64,000 nt of DNA, taken from positions 25,171-89,170 of the forward strand of contig JAYZEG010000010.1 of assembly GCA_036337435.1 (NCBI GenBank), in the 5' to 3' direction. Both the position numbers and the translations under genes were made by a program. The stretch is from Myxococcota bacterium (lineage in GTDB: Bacteria; Myxococcota_A; Bradymonadia; UBA7976; UBA1532). This document shows, one piece after another, positions 29,067 to 39,335 of the stretch (the stretch's first letter is position 1; each line of letters begins with the position of its first letter). Under the pieces are notes generated by a model. It was not told the origin of the DNA. It did not search any database and saw only the letters and a list, made by a program, of their open reading frames with translations.

Positions 29067-29476
29067 CTGCGTCCAACATGGCTAGGTCTCGATTAGTCTA
29101 GCATGATCTTATCGTCTGCACCCATGTTCATTGGACATCCGACTCTATTCTAAACGGATAGCATCATCGGAATGTCACAGGTCAAACGTAGATGACTGAC
29201 CGACGGGCTGACGCCTCAATTATAACGCCCGATGAGGGCAATTAATGACTCGGTCTTTTGACCCCACTTGTGTGACCTACTGTCCACATTTATCGGTTCA
29301 TGACGGCAAGGTTCACCTGAGCTTGGCCTCCCCGTAAACTTGGCATGCGGCTTGCTATCTCATGGACGCAGGAAAGCAACTTGGGTCCAGAAGGAGGACC
29401 ACCACGAGGGTCGATGCCGTGACACGTACGTCAACGCATCGGACAAGAAATTCAGTCTCGGCCTACAAGCTATAGA

Positions 29477-29533
29477 GGTAGCGGGCATCACGTCCCCCAT
29501 CCCCCCCAGTGGATGCTCGCTACCCTCATTTTT
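29477..29533 (+). repeat. hairpin repeat copy 1 (13-bp stem, C-rich 22-nt loop, T5 tail)
   Basis: GGTAGCGGGCATC ... GATGCTCGCTACC, with one G:U position, then CTCATTTTT. Confidence 0.7.
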
Positions 29534-29598
29534 ACCAGGGTGCGTGACAGTCTGGTTGCTAAATGAGGGTGCTCAATAAGCGAGTCAGACAGGCTAAA

Positions 29599-29657
29599 GG
29601 TAGCGGGCATCACGCCCCCGTCCCCCCAACAGGATGCTCGCTACCTCTCATTTTTTT
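29599..29657 (+). repeat. hairpin repeat copy 2 (same stem, C-rich loop, T7 tail)
   Basis: GGTAGCGGGCATC acgcccccgtccccccaacag GATGCTCGCTACC tctcaTTTTTTT. Confidence 0.7.
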
Positions 29658-29713
29658 CGGTAGGCAAGCCGTAAACCCATACGCGTTGCGGTTCTTGACA
29701 TGACCTAAACTCT

Positions 29714-29773
29714 AGGCAGCGGGTATCCGTCTCCCCTCCGTCCCCCAAACAGGATACTCGCTGCCTCGCCTCA
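29714..29773 (+). repeat. hairpin repeat copy 3 (stem with compensatory substitutions, no T-run)
   Basis: GGCAGCGGGTATC ... GATACTCGCTGCC. Both changes relative to copies 1 and 2 (T to C, C to T) are matched on the opposite arm. Confidence 0.65.
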
Positions 29774-29826
29774 CTTAAAACAAAGCAGCTACCAGGGACC
29801 AGACGGGTTGGTCAATACCCCCGAAA

Positions 29827-31008
29827 TTAAGAGAATAGCGACGACGAAAATGGGGGGATCAGCTTCATGGCAGTTGCCACAATGTACGCAGTCCAGAAAA
29901 TGTACAAACTGCCGAGGAACCAGCCTCTTCCCTTACCAACGCTGACAGTTCGAGTCCCATCATCGGCGGTGCCTCGAGGCCCAGTCAGAAAGGTCAACAA
30001 GATAATGACGGTTGCGCCAACCAAGATAATTCGAAGGTCTTGAACTGCCGCCCCGCTTCCAGCTGTACCGCCCGTCAATGCGATCTCACTGCCGTTGTAG
30101 AGGCAGTAGGCCAGCAGGGGTAATCCCAAGGCAACACAGATGTCGAAAATATTACTCCCAACAGCATTAGACACCGCATCGTCGTAATCTCCCTTCATCG
30201 CGTCTTTGTAGGAGATGACGGTATCTGGAACGCTGGTTGCCGCAGCCCCCAGGATGACAGCAGTGAAGTATGCTGGTACACCGAGTGCGTCAGCGGAATG
30301 GATTACGGCCTCGGCTAAGAAATAGCATGCACCGCCGATGGTTGCCGTGGCGCAAATCAGAACGACCCATGCGGAGCCTTTGGTAAACTCGTTGCCGCCA
30401 TAAATCAGATTATTGTAATCGAAGGTAAGCAGATTGGCGACAAAGCCCTTATGCTCGTCCTCCTCATCATCATCATCATCGTCGTCGTCATCATCTCCCC
30501 CGCCCATGCCACGAAGGAGAACGCCAAAGTAGACGACATAAATACCGATCAAAGCTGCACCCATCCACCAAGCCAATGCGGTGTTGCCGAGAAATACGAT
30601 GAGTGCGACCTCAGCTAGGATGAAGAAGAATCCGTCTCGCAGAAGCGTACTCTGCCCCAAACTAACGCTGTTAATTACCTCGCCATTTACGCCTTTCGTG
30701 GTCACGGCAATAATGCAGACGGCTGGTATGACAGCTGCATTGAACACGGCACTGCCCGCGCATGTTGCGATACCAGCGGAGAAGCCATCGGTGTCGTGAT
30801 AGAGAAAGAGCAGAAATAAGGTGGTGAACAATTCCGGTAGAGAACTTGCGATCGCTTCGATGGTCGCGCCTCGAATACCGGGCTTCATCTTATAGACTTT
30901 CTTCCCCAAATGGTCTGAAGCCCCCTCAAACGAATCGCAGGCGAACTTAATGACATACATCGCGGCACAAACCAGCCCTAAAGACTGCATGAGTTTCGTT
31001 ACGTCCAA
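29827..31008 (-). CDS. Na+/Ca2+ exchanger-family (CaCA) membrane protein
   Basis: Two alpha-repeat signatures (GATIEAIASSLPELFTT and GSNIFDICVALGLP) separated by a cytoplasmic loop carrying D10-E tracts. Confidence 0.8.
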   Translation of the reverse strand: MDVTKLMQSLGLVCAAMYVIKFACDSFEGASDHLGKKVYKMKPGIRGATIEAIASSLPELFTTLFLLFLYHDTDGFSAGIATCAGSAVFNAAVIPAVCIIAVTTKGVNGEVINSVSLGQSTLLRDGFFFILAEVALIVFLGNTALAWWMGAALIGIYVVYFGVLLRGMGGGDDDDDDDDDDEEDEHKGFVANLLTFDYNNLIYGGNEFTKGSAWVVLICATATIGGACYFLAEAVIHSADALGVPAYFTAVILGAAATSVPDTVISYKDAMKGDYDDAVSNAVGSNIFDICVALGLPLLAYCLYNGSEIALTGGTAGSGAAVQDLRIILVGATVIILLTFLTGPRGTADDGTRTVSVGKGRGWFLGSLYIFWTAYIVATAMKLIPPFSSSLFS

Positions 31009-31175
31009 TTTATGCTTCTCCTTGAAATGAACGGAGGTATAGGCGAATCAAAAGTCATCTAGCCGGTCAACGCAATCTGAGTCGACCGGCTAAATCATGG
31101 CCCGTTAAATACCCGTCTGACAACCCGATGCCGTATCGTGTTTGACGGCACGGCACCGGAGTCGTTTCCTCGGAC

Positions 31176-32978
31176 CTAATCGTCCAAGTTGTATTGGAAG
31201 AAATTATCCCATTTCTCGTCCATGGCGCGAAGTGCTTCGTCCATTGGAACCGCCCAATATTGACCATTTTTGTGGGCCACGATGGGGAGAAACTTCCTCA
31301 TACTATCCTGTTCTTCAGACGGCTTCGGTAGATTGTCCGCACCAGCATCGGCCGCGACGAGTTCCAAAGCACCGTCGACATCAAAATCGACCTCGAGGTC
31401 GTTGAAATTATCTTTGAGGAAAACTTCGACAGCTTCGTCTAGATCTTCCGATGACATGGTTTTAGTCGGTTGCCCATTGGCACCGATAACAGCTTGGTTT
31501 TTGACAAGTAACAGATATGAGAGGAACGCTTCTTTAAATTCTTGTTCTTCAACCGAGTCGACCAAGAACTGCATCACGCCCATGTTACTGTCGAGATTTC
31601 GCTCGTAGAGGTCTTGCGCAATCTTAGCGATGTATTTGACCCGTGTGCGTAAGAATCCAGTTACAGTCTTCAATAAGACCGCGACCATGATACCAATAAA
31701 TGCGAGAAAACCACCGCCGCTGCCATCGTCTGAGCCGCCGGTTGCTTTGACAATACCTGTGATTAACGTCGCCAGAACAACGAGGCTTAACACCGTTTTG
31801 TCGAAAGGCCGCATCTTGAGTTTCTTCTCTGGGAAGACGACCTCAAGGTCAGCCATTGGAATGTTCTTGAAAATCTTGATGGAAATGGGCTTGACCGCCG
31901 GTTCCTCAGGCTTCTTGAACATCTTATTGACCATGCCGCCCAAGAGCGGATTGGTTCGAAGTGCCCTAAATGGGTCTTTTGCCTTCAAGCGAAACAAACA
32001 AATGACACGCTCGAAAGCTGGTTCCTGCAGCGTTGTTTTGCCAACAAATGAACCCCAGTTGGTCAGCTGGTTCTCTAGATTCATTCGCCGCAACCAGCGG
32101 GGTAGAAATGCGACATCAATGTCTTTTCGTTCAGGTGCTTTATACTCTTCTTCAACAGCACCCAATTGCTCCTGCAGTTTCTTCGAGAAAGAGGCCACCA
32201 ATCGAATCGCTAACTTGACGACCCGCTCGACCAAGAGGTTCACCTTGCTTAAAAGAAAAGCACCCTCTACGCGTTCAGGTGTCTTACCCCGTGTAAAGAT
32301 GAGCATTTGGTCTTTGGTATCTTCAGGCTGGTCGATCCACTCATTGAATGAACCTGCATCCGATGGAATACAGTCGGCCAACTGGGCTTTACCTTCAGCT
32401 GTTTCGGACCACGCCGAAAAATCTCTAATGAGCTCGGGATCATGGCCTGTCCAGTTTGCATCAACCGGCATATCGAATACGAAGGTCGACGCATCGGCTA
32501 AGTCGTATTCTGGCTGGGTCAATGGATTGAAGTTGCCGCGTTCCATCAACTTCATGAAATTGGACAGAAAACGGCGTTCCCGGTGCTGGATTTCTTCTTC
32601 GGACAGGGCAACGGCGACCGTCTCATCATCATCGTCGTCATCGTCTTCCACGACATCAGGAGAGAAAAATTCGTAATCTTCTTTGAGCTGGTTAAGCGTT
32701 TCGTGGAAATGAAAATGATAAATCCCATCGAGCAATTCGACAAAGTGCTTAAATTTCTCGACCTCGTCCTCCGAGCGCGCGTAGTCGCCCTTAAAAGCGG
32801 CTACAACCTTGGCTTTGCTAATCGGGATATACATTTCATGAGGGATCTCGACCCACTCACGATCTTCGCCAACCCCGCTGGGCGGCTCCTCTCCGCGCCA
32901 ATAGGTCTCTCCCCATTTCTCCGGCTTAATCCAGACGTTTGCTTCATCACTCACGTCAAAAAACTCCTCCCAACACAT
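31176..32978 (-). CDS. hypothetical membrane protein (two TM segments near the C-terminal third, acidic D7 tract)
   Basis: 600-aa ORF with strong coding character, ..VLSLVVLATLITGIVKATGG.. and ..FLAFIGIMVAVLLKTV.. hydrophobic segments. No motif identified. The antisense 348-aa ORF (31630-32676) was rejected. Confidence 0.6.
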   Translation of the reverse strand: MCWEEFFDVSDEANVWIKPEKWGETYWRGEEPPSGVGEDREWVEIPHEMYIPISKAKVVAAFKGDYARSEDEVEKFKHFVELLDGIYHFHFHETLNQLKEDYEFFSPDVVEDDDDDDDETVAVALSEEEIQHRERRFLSNFMKLMERGNFNPLTQPEYDLADASTFVFDMPVDANWTGHDPELIRDFSAWSETAEGKAQLADCIPSDAGSFNEWIDQPEDTKDQMLIFTRGKTPERVEGAFLLSKVNLLVERVVKLAIRLVASFSKKLQEQLGAVEEEYKAPERKDIDVAFLPRWLRRMNLENQLTNWGSFVGKTTLQEPAFERVICLFRLKAKDPFRALRTNPLLGGMVNKMFKKPEEPAVKPISIKIFKNIPMADLEVVFPEKKLKMRPFDKTVLSLVVLATLITGIVKATGGSDDGSGGGFLAFIGIMVAVLLKTVTGFLRTRVKYIAKIAQDLYERNLDSNMGVMQFLVDSVEEQEFKEAFLSYLLLVKNQAVIGANGQPTKTMSSEDLDEAVEVFLKDNFNDLEVDFDVDGALELVAADAGADNLPKPSEEQDSMRKFLPIVAHKNGQYWAVPMDEALRAMDEKWDNFFQYNLDD

Positions 32979-33360
32979 CAGCCTTTGCCGACGGTCGATC
33001 CAATGGTTTTGTTGTCATCATGAAAGGCGGGCCACAGTGAATTATATATCAAAAACAATCTAGGCTGGGACCCATTCCCCATCCGTTACTGGGCGCAGTC
33101 TAAGTCGTTCCATGCCCATTTGCCAAGTAAATAGAAATAACAGAATCTGGCCCGTTGAAAGATCCGTAAAAAGACAAATGTTGTTCCGTATGCAGCGGCA
33201 TCAATGTGCCGATTTTATGGGCTTTTAGAGAGATTAAGACGGAAAATCCTAATGCAAATCTCGGCAATGCGTTCGAAAAACCCGGTTTATTATACCCATT
33301 AAAGACTCTTGAATAGCCCATTGTTCACCTGTACTGTCCAGATACTTTGGAGGAAATATT

Positions 33361-33786
33361 ATGGTATCTAGAAAGCTTAAATTTACAGCACAACAAGTGG
33401 CGTGGCGGGCTGCATTTGCCCTGATTATCACGCTGATCACGTTCAACCCGATCAAGTCATTCTTTGGTTCATTGGCCGATACGGTTTGGAGCCCAATGCC
33501 CTGGGGAACGATTCTATTCGCGCTCATTTTGGTCGCAGGGTGGGCATTCATACTGATAAATGCAAAACAACTCCTCGGCAAATGGGGCTTTATTGCAATT
33601 TTGGTCATTTTTGGAACTTTCGTCGCGATGCTGGTTTCGAAGGGGATGGTCTCAAGTGGCAAGGGGGCTGCCTGGATCGGGACTTTGGGCCTGTGGTTGC
33701 TGGCAACGATATCACTGACAGGCGGATATATTTTCCGCTATTTGACCGGGCGCCTTCATGTCGAAGATGGAGATATGGACGCTTAG
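33361..33786 (+). CDS. small integral membrane protein (4 TM)
   Basis: Four hydrophobic helices; followed by a terminator at 33807-33838. Confidence 0.5.
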   Translation: MVSRKLKFTAQQVAWRAAFALIITLITFNPIKSFFGSLADTVWSPMPWGTILFALILVAGWAFILINAKQLLGKWGFIAILVIFGTFVAMLVSKGMVSSGKGAAWIGTLGLWLLATISLTGGYIFRYLTGRLHVEDGDMDA

Positions 33787-33806
33787 GCTCAGAAAATTAT
33801 TTTGAG

Positions 33807-33838
33807 AAAGCCGGGCGTTGTGACGTCCGGCTTTTTTA
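33807..33838 (+). terminator. rho-independent terminator
   Basis: AAAGCCGGGCG ttgtga CGTCCGGCTTTTTT. Confidence 0.6.
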
Positions 33839-34150
33839 TTGACCCAAAACCGGCAACAGAACTTTGCTCAGGGTGATAGACCCCAACGGAGCCAAACTCA
33901 ACGACTCGCACTCAGGGCGGCTTTGAACCACATAGACAAACGAGAGGTGGTCTAAAGTCAATCTCCACTGCCTGAGGTCTGAATCGTTTGTTGACCGGCT
34001 TACCGAGCCAGGTCAGGCTAAAAATGCGATGACGTCTAACAAGATATTTGATTCTCACGCCGCCTCATGTCGTACTTCGGTTTGTCTAGACTTGATTAAT
34101 CAAAGACATACTTAATTTAAAATCGACCGGTCCCCGGTTGGAGCAGACGA

Positions 34151-36598
34151 ATGAAACGATACGTACTCTTCCTTTTGACAACCGCCCTCATCACCGGGTG
34201 CATCGAATCACGGACATCCTCGGTCGACCCTGGAGAGAGTGCCGACTCGGCGACAACGGATACAGGTGGAGACGGTCAAGACGGCGCATCCAATATGCCC
34301 GTTGATGCGAGTGTGGACGCCGTGCCAACAAATGGCTGCGAGATAGAGGCCGATTGCCCTGCCGGGTCTGATTGCGTAGACGGACAGTGTACGGACCCTG
34401 AATGTCTAGATGACGACCAATGCACAGCCTTCGTTCAGGGCTGTGTCGAAGGCGCTTGTCGGGACAGATGCGTTGGACCCGGCACGTGTTTTAGGGGGGG
34501 ACAATGTCAAGATGGCTTCTGCCTTCCGCCTGAATGCGAGTCGGACGCCGCATGTGATGAGAACCGATTTTGCCGCGATGGACGTTGCGTCGATATCGCC
34601 AGCTGTGAGGCCGATTCGGAATGTGGTCCCGATGAGCGTTGCGTCGAGAATTTATGTGAGGCTCTTCCTGACTGTGTTGGCGACAGAGAATGTGCCGAGA
34701 ATGCCATTTGTGAAAGCGGTCGTTGTCGCCCTCAGAGCGCATGTTCGTCAGACAATGACTGTGAGGGGGACGAGGATTGCGTAGGCGGCCGTTGCGTTCC
34801 GACGGTCTGCCGGGGCGCCAGCGATTGCGCCCCGGACCAAGCGTGCTGGGACGGCCGTTGCGTGGACAACACGATCCTCGAAATTGAAACCATTGCGATT
34901 ACCAACTACCCGCGTGTCATCAGGGTTAATGCAGCTCCCTCGGCCTTGAATGCCGTCGCGCTCGACATACGCGGCGATGTGGTTCCAATCGCAGCAGAAC
35001 GATTTTCATGGCGCTCGAACGATGAGGCCGTGCTTTCGTTCAATGACCGGGGTCTGCTCCGTCCAGTCCAAGTTGGCACAGCTGAGGTGGTCGCCTCGTT
35101 CACTCTTAACTCTGGTGATGTCGTCGACAGTCCGCCTGTATCTATTCGAGTGATTCCGAGCCGAATGGACGAAGTCCAACCGGATCAGATGACCCTCCGC
35201 ATTGTGGATGCCGACGACGGGCGCTCGGTAGGTGGGTCCGTGATTGTCTACGGTGATCAAGAGGTGACGGTGGATGAGACGGGTGTCGCAATACTTGACG
35301 TCATCGAAGACGTCATCCCGATGCACGTGTTCTCTAACGATCATGATTATTTCACCGTGGTCGCGACACTTGAGAGTGATTCGTACGTGATTCCTTTACG
35401 CCGTCGAAGCTCTAATTCACGCATCGCCGGTATGTCCGGAGCTGTAGACTTCAGCGATATTCAAACCGAGGGAGGCGTCGATATCAGTCTTTCGGGGCCT
35501 TCCGTAGGTCAGCGGATGTCTGACCTGTCGTTCAATAGCTTGCTCGGCCCCACTTTCAATGTCGCCATCAATGCGGGACCCGCCAGTTTCGACATCCCAA
35601 TCCCAAGTGGTGTGACGTTAGCCGCCGATGTACCGATCATCGGTCGAATCGAAGCCAAAAGTGATTTCTACGGAACGACAGAGCCAGGCATCCGACTGGC
35701 CTGGTCACTGGCTGGTCGAATAGATATTGGCCGACTCACTCAACTGGCACAAGGAGGTGACGGAGGTGCTGTGGGACAAGTCCTCGCGGCGATTCTTCCG
35801 TATTTTGAGACGTTTCAGCATGGACTGAGGGTCGGAGAGCGATTGGTCGCACTCCCCCAAGTCCCCGACGAAAATGATCTCGATGGTGATGGTGACGTCA
35901 ATGAACTTAGACCGGATTATGACCGATTCCCCGTGCTCAATATCCGGCCAAACCAGGCTCAAGACCTGCGGTTGACCATCGATGTCAGTAACATATTTGT
36001 CCCTGAAGACCTATTGATCGTCTTTTCTGGTGTCACACTGCCAGGCATTGGTTTTGTGCCGTTGGGTGTGACGGCGGCGGACGAACCGGGGGAATACCCG
36101 GCCCGGATGGCCGCACCGTATGGTGGTCTGGAAGTGGGTATCCCGACATTTGTTGGCTTGTCTGCTCGTTTCGGCGATGGCCAGACCTTACCTGAGTCTC
36201 TGACAATTCATGTCCAGCGCAGTGACGATTTGAGGATTCCCAATCAGGTGGCCTTTGCGGCAGCACCCGTAACACGCCCTGAGATTGCAGAATGGAACAG
36301 CGTCATGCGCTCATTCGACGGTGCAGGTTCAGACGCATCGGATGCACACCGACTCGTACTCTTCGGTCCGGACGGTCGATGGGATGTTTACTTTGGTCCA
36401 AACGCCGATACTCAAATTAACCTGCCCTTTCCACCCGACGGGTACGATGACCTCGCCGCTGGCCCGGAACGACGCTTCGAGGCTCTCCAGTTCTCTGAAG
36501 ACGTCCAACAAACGCTCAGTGAACTGTTCCGATTCGAAGGCAGAGGCATCAGTCAACTCGACGATCTACTGAGAACGATTGGCAAGCGGACACTCTAA
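34151..36598 (+). CDS. lipoprotein with 8 tandem Cys-rich (Cx5-6DxxCxxGxC) repeats and a large C-terminal domain
   Basis: Lipobox LITGCIES. Repeats ..CPAGSDCVDGQCTDPEC.., ..CESDAACDENRFCRDGRCVD.. and others resemble the Myxococcus cysteine-rich repeat. These are followed by an approximately 550-aa domain with no catalytic motif. Confidence 0.7.
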   Translation: MKRYVLFLLTTALITGCIESRTSSVDPGESADSATTDTGGDGQDGASNMPVDASVDAVPTNGCEIEADCPAGSDCVDGQCTDPECLDDDQCTAFVQGCVEGACRDRCVGPGTCFRGGQCQDGFCLPPECESDAACDENRFCRDGRCVDIASCEADSECGPDERCVENLCEALPDCVGDRECAENAICESGRCRPQSACSSDNDCEGDEDCVGGRCVPTVCRGASDCAPDQACWDGRCVDNTILEIETIAITNYPRVIRVNAAPSALNAVALDIRGDVVPIAAERFSWRSNDEAVLSFNDRGLLRPVQVGTAEVVASFTLNSGDVVDSPPVSIRVIPSRMDEVQPDQMTLRIVDADDGRSVGGSVIVYGDQEVTVDETGVAILDVIEDVIPMHVFSNDHDYFTVVATLESDSYVIPLRRRSSNSRIAGMSGAVDFSDIQTEGGVDISLSGPSVGQRMSDLSFNSLLGPTFNVAINAGPASFDIPIPSGVTLAADVPIIGRIEAKSDFYGTTEPGIRLAWSLAGRIDIGRLTQLAQGGDGGAVGQVLAAILPYFETFQHGLRVGERLVALPQVPDENDLDGDGDVNELRPDYDRFPVLNIRPNQAQDLRLTIDVSNIFVPEDLLIVFSGVTLPGIGFVPLGVTAADEPGEYPARMAAPYGGLEVGIPTFVGLSARFGDGQTLPESLTIHVQRSDDLRIPNQVAFAAAPVTRPEIAEWNSVMRSFDGAGSDASDAHRLVLFGPDGRWDVYFGPNADTQINLPFPPDGYDDLAAGPERRFEALQFSEDVQQTLSELFRFEGRGISQLDDLLRTIGKRTL

Positions 36599-36668
36599 CG
36601 CAGCTGCGCAGTCCCGTGCGTCATCAAACCGCAAATCGGCGTTCTTCTGCTCGGGTTCTTGATTTAAG

Positions 36669-37568
36669 TCAACTCAGTTTCTGGTCGGCCATCCGCAATG
36701 CTGTTGCAGCATTCGCCAGGGAGGCTACGGCCTCTGGCCAATGTTCGTCGACAAGGGCAGACCATGCACGACTTACGTTTCTTTCACCCGCTGAGAACGG
36801 ACCGAAAGCCTCGGCAAAAGCGGCTAAACCGATTTCAGCTTGCAGTCTGTATCTTGCGTCCACGATGGGCTGAAAATGAGAGAGCGCAAGACGCTCAATC
36901 TCTTGCCTGATCTCGTCAGCACAGGCGATTGTTGGCGATTGATTCTCCTTGACCCGCTCGGCTAAGCCGCCGACTTGTTCGGCTACCTCGGTTACCATTA
37001 CGCGGACATTGACTGCGCTGATCGAACCCGAACCGGACTCGGTGCCCGATCCAGTTAATTCTGCTTTTTTAACACGTCGGGCGATCAGCGCGCCGATTAC
37101 GATGAAAAATAATCCAGCACCGAAGCCCGCACCACTGTCTGTGACCCAAGAGGCCAATCTAAGGTTCGGTCCTGGTTTTTCTAGAAAAGCGATTTTAGTT
37201 TTCTGTGCTAAGGCCGACCGCCTTGCATCTAGCCAACTGCGGCGGAGGGCATCTAATTTGGCATCACTGTGTCGCTTGAGAGATGCGACGTATTCGTCAT
37301 GCTGAGCGATCAATGCAGTTAAATAAGCGGATTGGGACGTGTAGTCCTTGGTGAGTGGGTCGGCAGGTATTTTATGGCTGGACGCATCTTTTCCCTCTGC
37401 GTTTTTAAGTGCCACCTCATATTTTGATTTGAGCGTGGACAACTCGTAACTCAGAAGTTGACCCTGTTCTTTTTTCATCTCATACATCGGCTGACTCAAT
37501 TGAGCCCCGAATGCGGCACATAAACCAACGCCGATAGCGAAAAGACCTGTCCCTAAATGCTTCATCAA
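36669..37568 (-). CDS. hypothetical secreted/membrane-anchored coiled-coil protein
   Basis: Signal peptide, internal TM (GLFFIVIGALIA) and a Ser/Gly linker. Sits 6 nt downstream of the OPT transporter gene on the same strand. Confidence 0.5.
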   Translation of the reverse strand: MMKHLGTGLFAIGVGLCAAFGAQLSQPMYEMKKEQGQLLSYELSTLKSKYEVALKNAEGKDASSHKIPADPLTKDYTSQSAYLTALIAQHDEYVASLKRHSDAKLDALRRSWLDARRSALAQKTKIAFLEKPGPNLRLASWVTDSGAGFGAGLFFIVIGALIARRVKKAELTGSGTESGSGSISAVNVRVMVTEVAEQVGGLAERVKENQSPTIACADEIRQEIERLALSHFQPIVDARYRLQAEIGLAAFAEAFGPFSAGERNVSRAWSALVDEHWPEAVASLANAATALRMADQKLS

Positions 37569-37574
37569 GAACTC

Positions 37575-39335
37575 CTAAGCAGCCGTGAGGCCCATGATCA
37601 TGGCGGCAACGAGATTGGTCACGGCCTCTCCGATAATAAATCCAGCAGCGATGGGGACGAGCGTAGAGCCAATCCATTCTTGGCCTTTTGTCCGGGTGAG
37701 GTAAATGGAGCCCAAGCAGCCGATGCCGTAGGTAAGCGTAATTGAAAACGGCAGATACATCGCAAGTCCGATCAAAACCCCCAGACCGGGTACAGGGAAA
37801 AGGCCGAGGCCTAAACCGATGGCAGCACCACCCAAATATTTATCCAAGGGAGCAGCGCCTTCACCAAGACTCTTGATCACCTGCGCAAGTGCGTCCCCTT
37901 GAGGTGCACTGAGCTCCGGATTGATGTCGGAACCGAAGCCGACACTGTTCCAGAGAAAAAATAACACGCCGACGGCCACCGGAACACCAAGCCAACCTAC
38001 CGCAAATTGAGCCAGCTGCTGTTTTCGAGGTTGGGCCCCGACCAAATGTCCGGCTTTCAAATCGCCCATCATGTCGGCACATTGCCCAATACCGACACAA
38101 ACCGCGACACCGAGAATAATGGCCGAGACGGCATTGCCTCCGGACATAAAGAACATCAAGGTGACACCGATGAGTGACATGCCCGAGAGAGGGGATATAT
38201 CGGTCATGCCCGTGGCCTGAGCAACGATTAAACCCGCGAGGGCGAGCCAAATTGTCCCGACAACGGCAATACCGATTCCCTGACCGACAGTGATATCGGG
38301 ACTCGATGTCATCGCGGCAAAATAGAGGATAACAACCGACCCAATCATGCCCGCATAAAGAACACGACTGCTGAGTTCTTCACTTCCCCCCTGACCCCCT
38401 GCTTTTGCGGCCTGTGACAAACTCTTGATGGCACTCTTCAATGCAGGAAAACTGGCCACCACACCTGCAAATGCACCGCCAATGAGCACGCCGATGCCCA
38501 GTGGTCGAAGCATCTCACCGTATAAAACTTGATTGCTCCACGCCTCATGCCCAGCCCAATCTGGGGCGGTGAGGGCGGCTTGACTTGGAACCCAGCCGAG
38601 TCCGATGGCAATGGGACTGATAAGCCACCACGCGAGAACGCCACCGAAGACAAAAGGCAGGCCACCAGAACCAGATAGAAGGCCAGCTCCGAGGCTTGCA
38701 AAACTCACATACACGACCAACGGGATTGACATAGGAAGCCCAAGTGGCCCCCCGATATCGATTTCATCAGGTAGCATTTTCACGTTGCATAGAATATGAA
38801 TCGTGGTCGCCAGAACAACGCCAATGGCCAGCATTTTTGCTTGGTGAATGCCCGCACCAGGCGACTTCAGTAACGTACCTACAGCAACGCCACTTGGAAA
38901 TTTGAGACGCTCGAATTCAATCATTTGTTTCCGCAGCGGAATAATCACCGCCACACCCAGAAAGGAACCGCCTATCGCTGCAAGAATGGCGGGCAGAGCC
39001 TCGACGGAAATACGTGTATCGGTCGCACTGAGTAAGAACAAAGCTGGCAGAGTGAACACGATGCCCGCAGACGCAGTATTAACCCCAGATGCGACGGTCT
39101 GATTGATGTTGTTCTCAATAATGGTCCCTTTTTTTAGGACACCGCGAAGTAACCCAAACCCGAGAATCGCCGCAACCGTCGAGCCCCCCATCGTAAACCC
39201 GAGTTTGAGACCGATATAGACGAATGCACAGGTCATCACAACGCCGATCAAAGCACCAACCAGTAGAGCCTCGATGGTAAACTCGCGATAGGGCTCTCGG
39301 TCGAGAGATAGTTTACGGCTTGTAGAATCTGACAT
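37575..39335 (-). CDS. OPT-family oligopeptide transporter
   Basis: ..REFTIEALLVGALIGVVMTCAFVYIGLKLGFT.. and more than 14 TM helices, typical of the bacterial OPT superfamily. Start set at MSDSTSRK. Confidence 0.75.
   Translation of the reverse strand: MSDSTSRKLSLDREPYREFTIEALLVGALIGVVMTCAFVYIGLKLGFTMGGSTVAAILGFGLLRGVLKKGTIIENNINQTVASGVNTASAGIVFTLPALFLLSATDTRISVEALPAILAAIGGSFLGVAVIIPLRKQMIEFERLKFPSGVAVGTLLKSPGAGIHQAKMLAIGVVLATTIHILCNVKMLPDEIDIGGPLGLPMSIPLVVYVSFASLGAGLLSGSGGLPFVFGGVLAWWLISPIAIGLGWVPSQAALTAPDWAGHEAWSNQVLYGEMLRPLGIGVLIGGAFAGVVASFPALKSAIKSLSQAAKAGGQGGSEELSSRVLYAGMIGSVVILYFAAMTSSPDITVGQGIGIAVVGTIWLALAGLIVAQATGMTDISPLSGMSLIGVTLMFFMSGGNAVSAIILGVAVCVGIGQCADMMGDLKAGHLVGAQPRKQQLAQFAVGWLGVPVAVGVLFFLWNSVGFGSDINPELSAPQGDALAQVIKSLGEGAAPLDKYLGGAAIGLGLGLFPVPGLGVLIGLAMYLPFSITLTYGIGCLGSIYLTRTKGQEWIGSTLVPIAAGFIIGEAVTNLVAAMIMGLTAA

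Noticed and set aside
29340-29579. 79-aa plus-strand ORF
   Set aside because: It overlaps hairpin repeat copy 1 in an intergenic region. It is Cys/Pro-rich with no RBS or homology signal.
29477-29773. Possible CRISPR array
   Set aside because: There are only three imperfect about 57-nt palindromic repeats with about 65-nt 'spacers' and no cas genes. The strong internal palindrome and T-tails fit terminator-like or REP-like elements instead.
31630-32676. 348-aa plus-strand ORF
   Set aside because: It is antisense to the 600-aa minus-strand gene. It is Ser/Arg-rich low-complexity with no signal.
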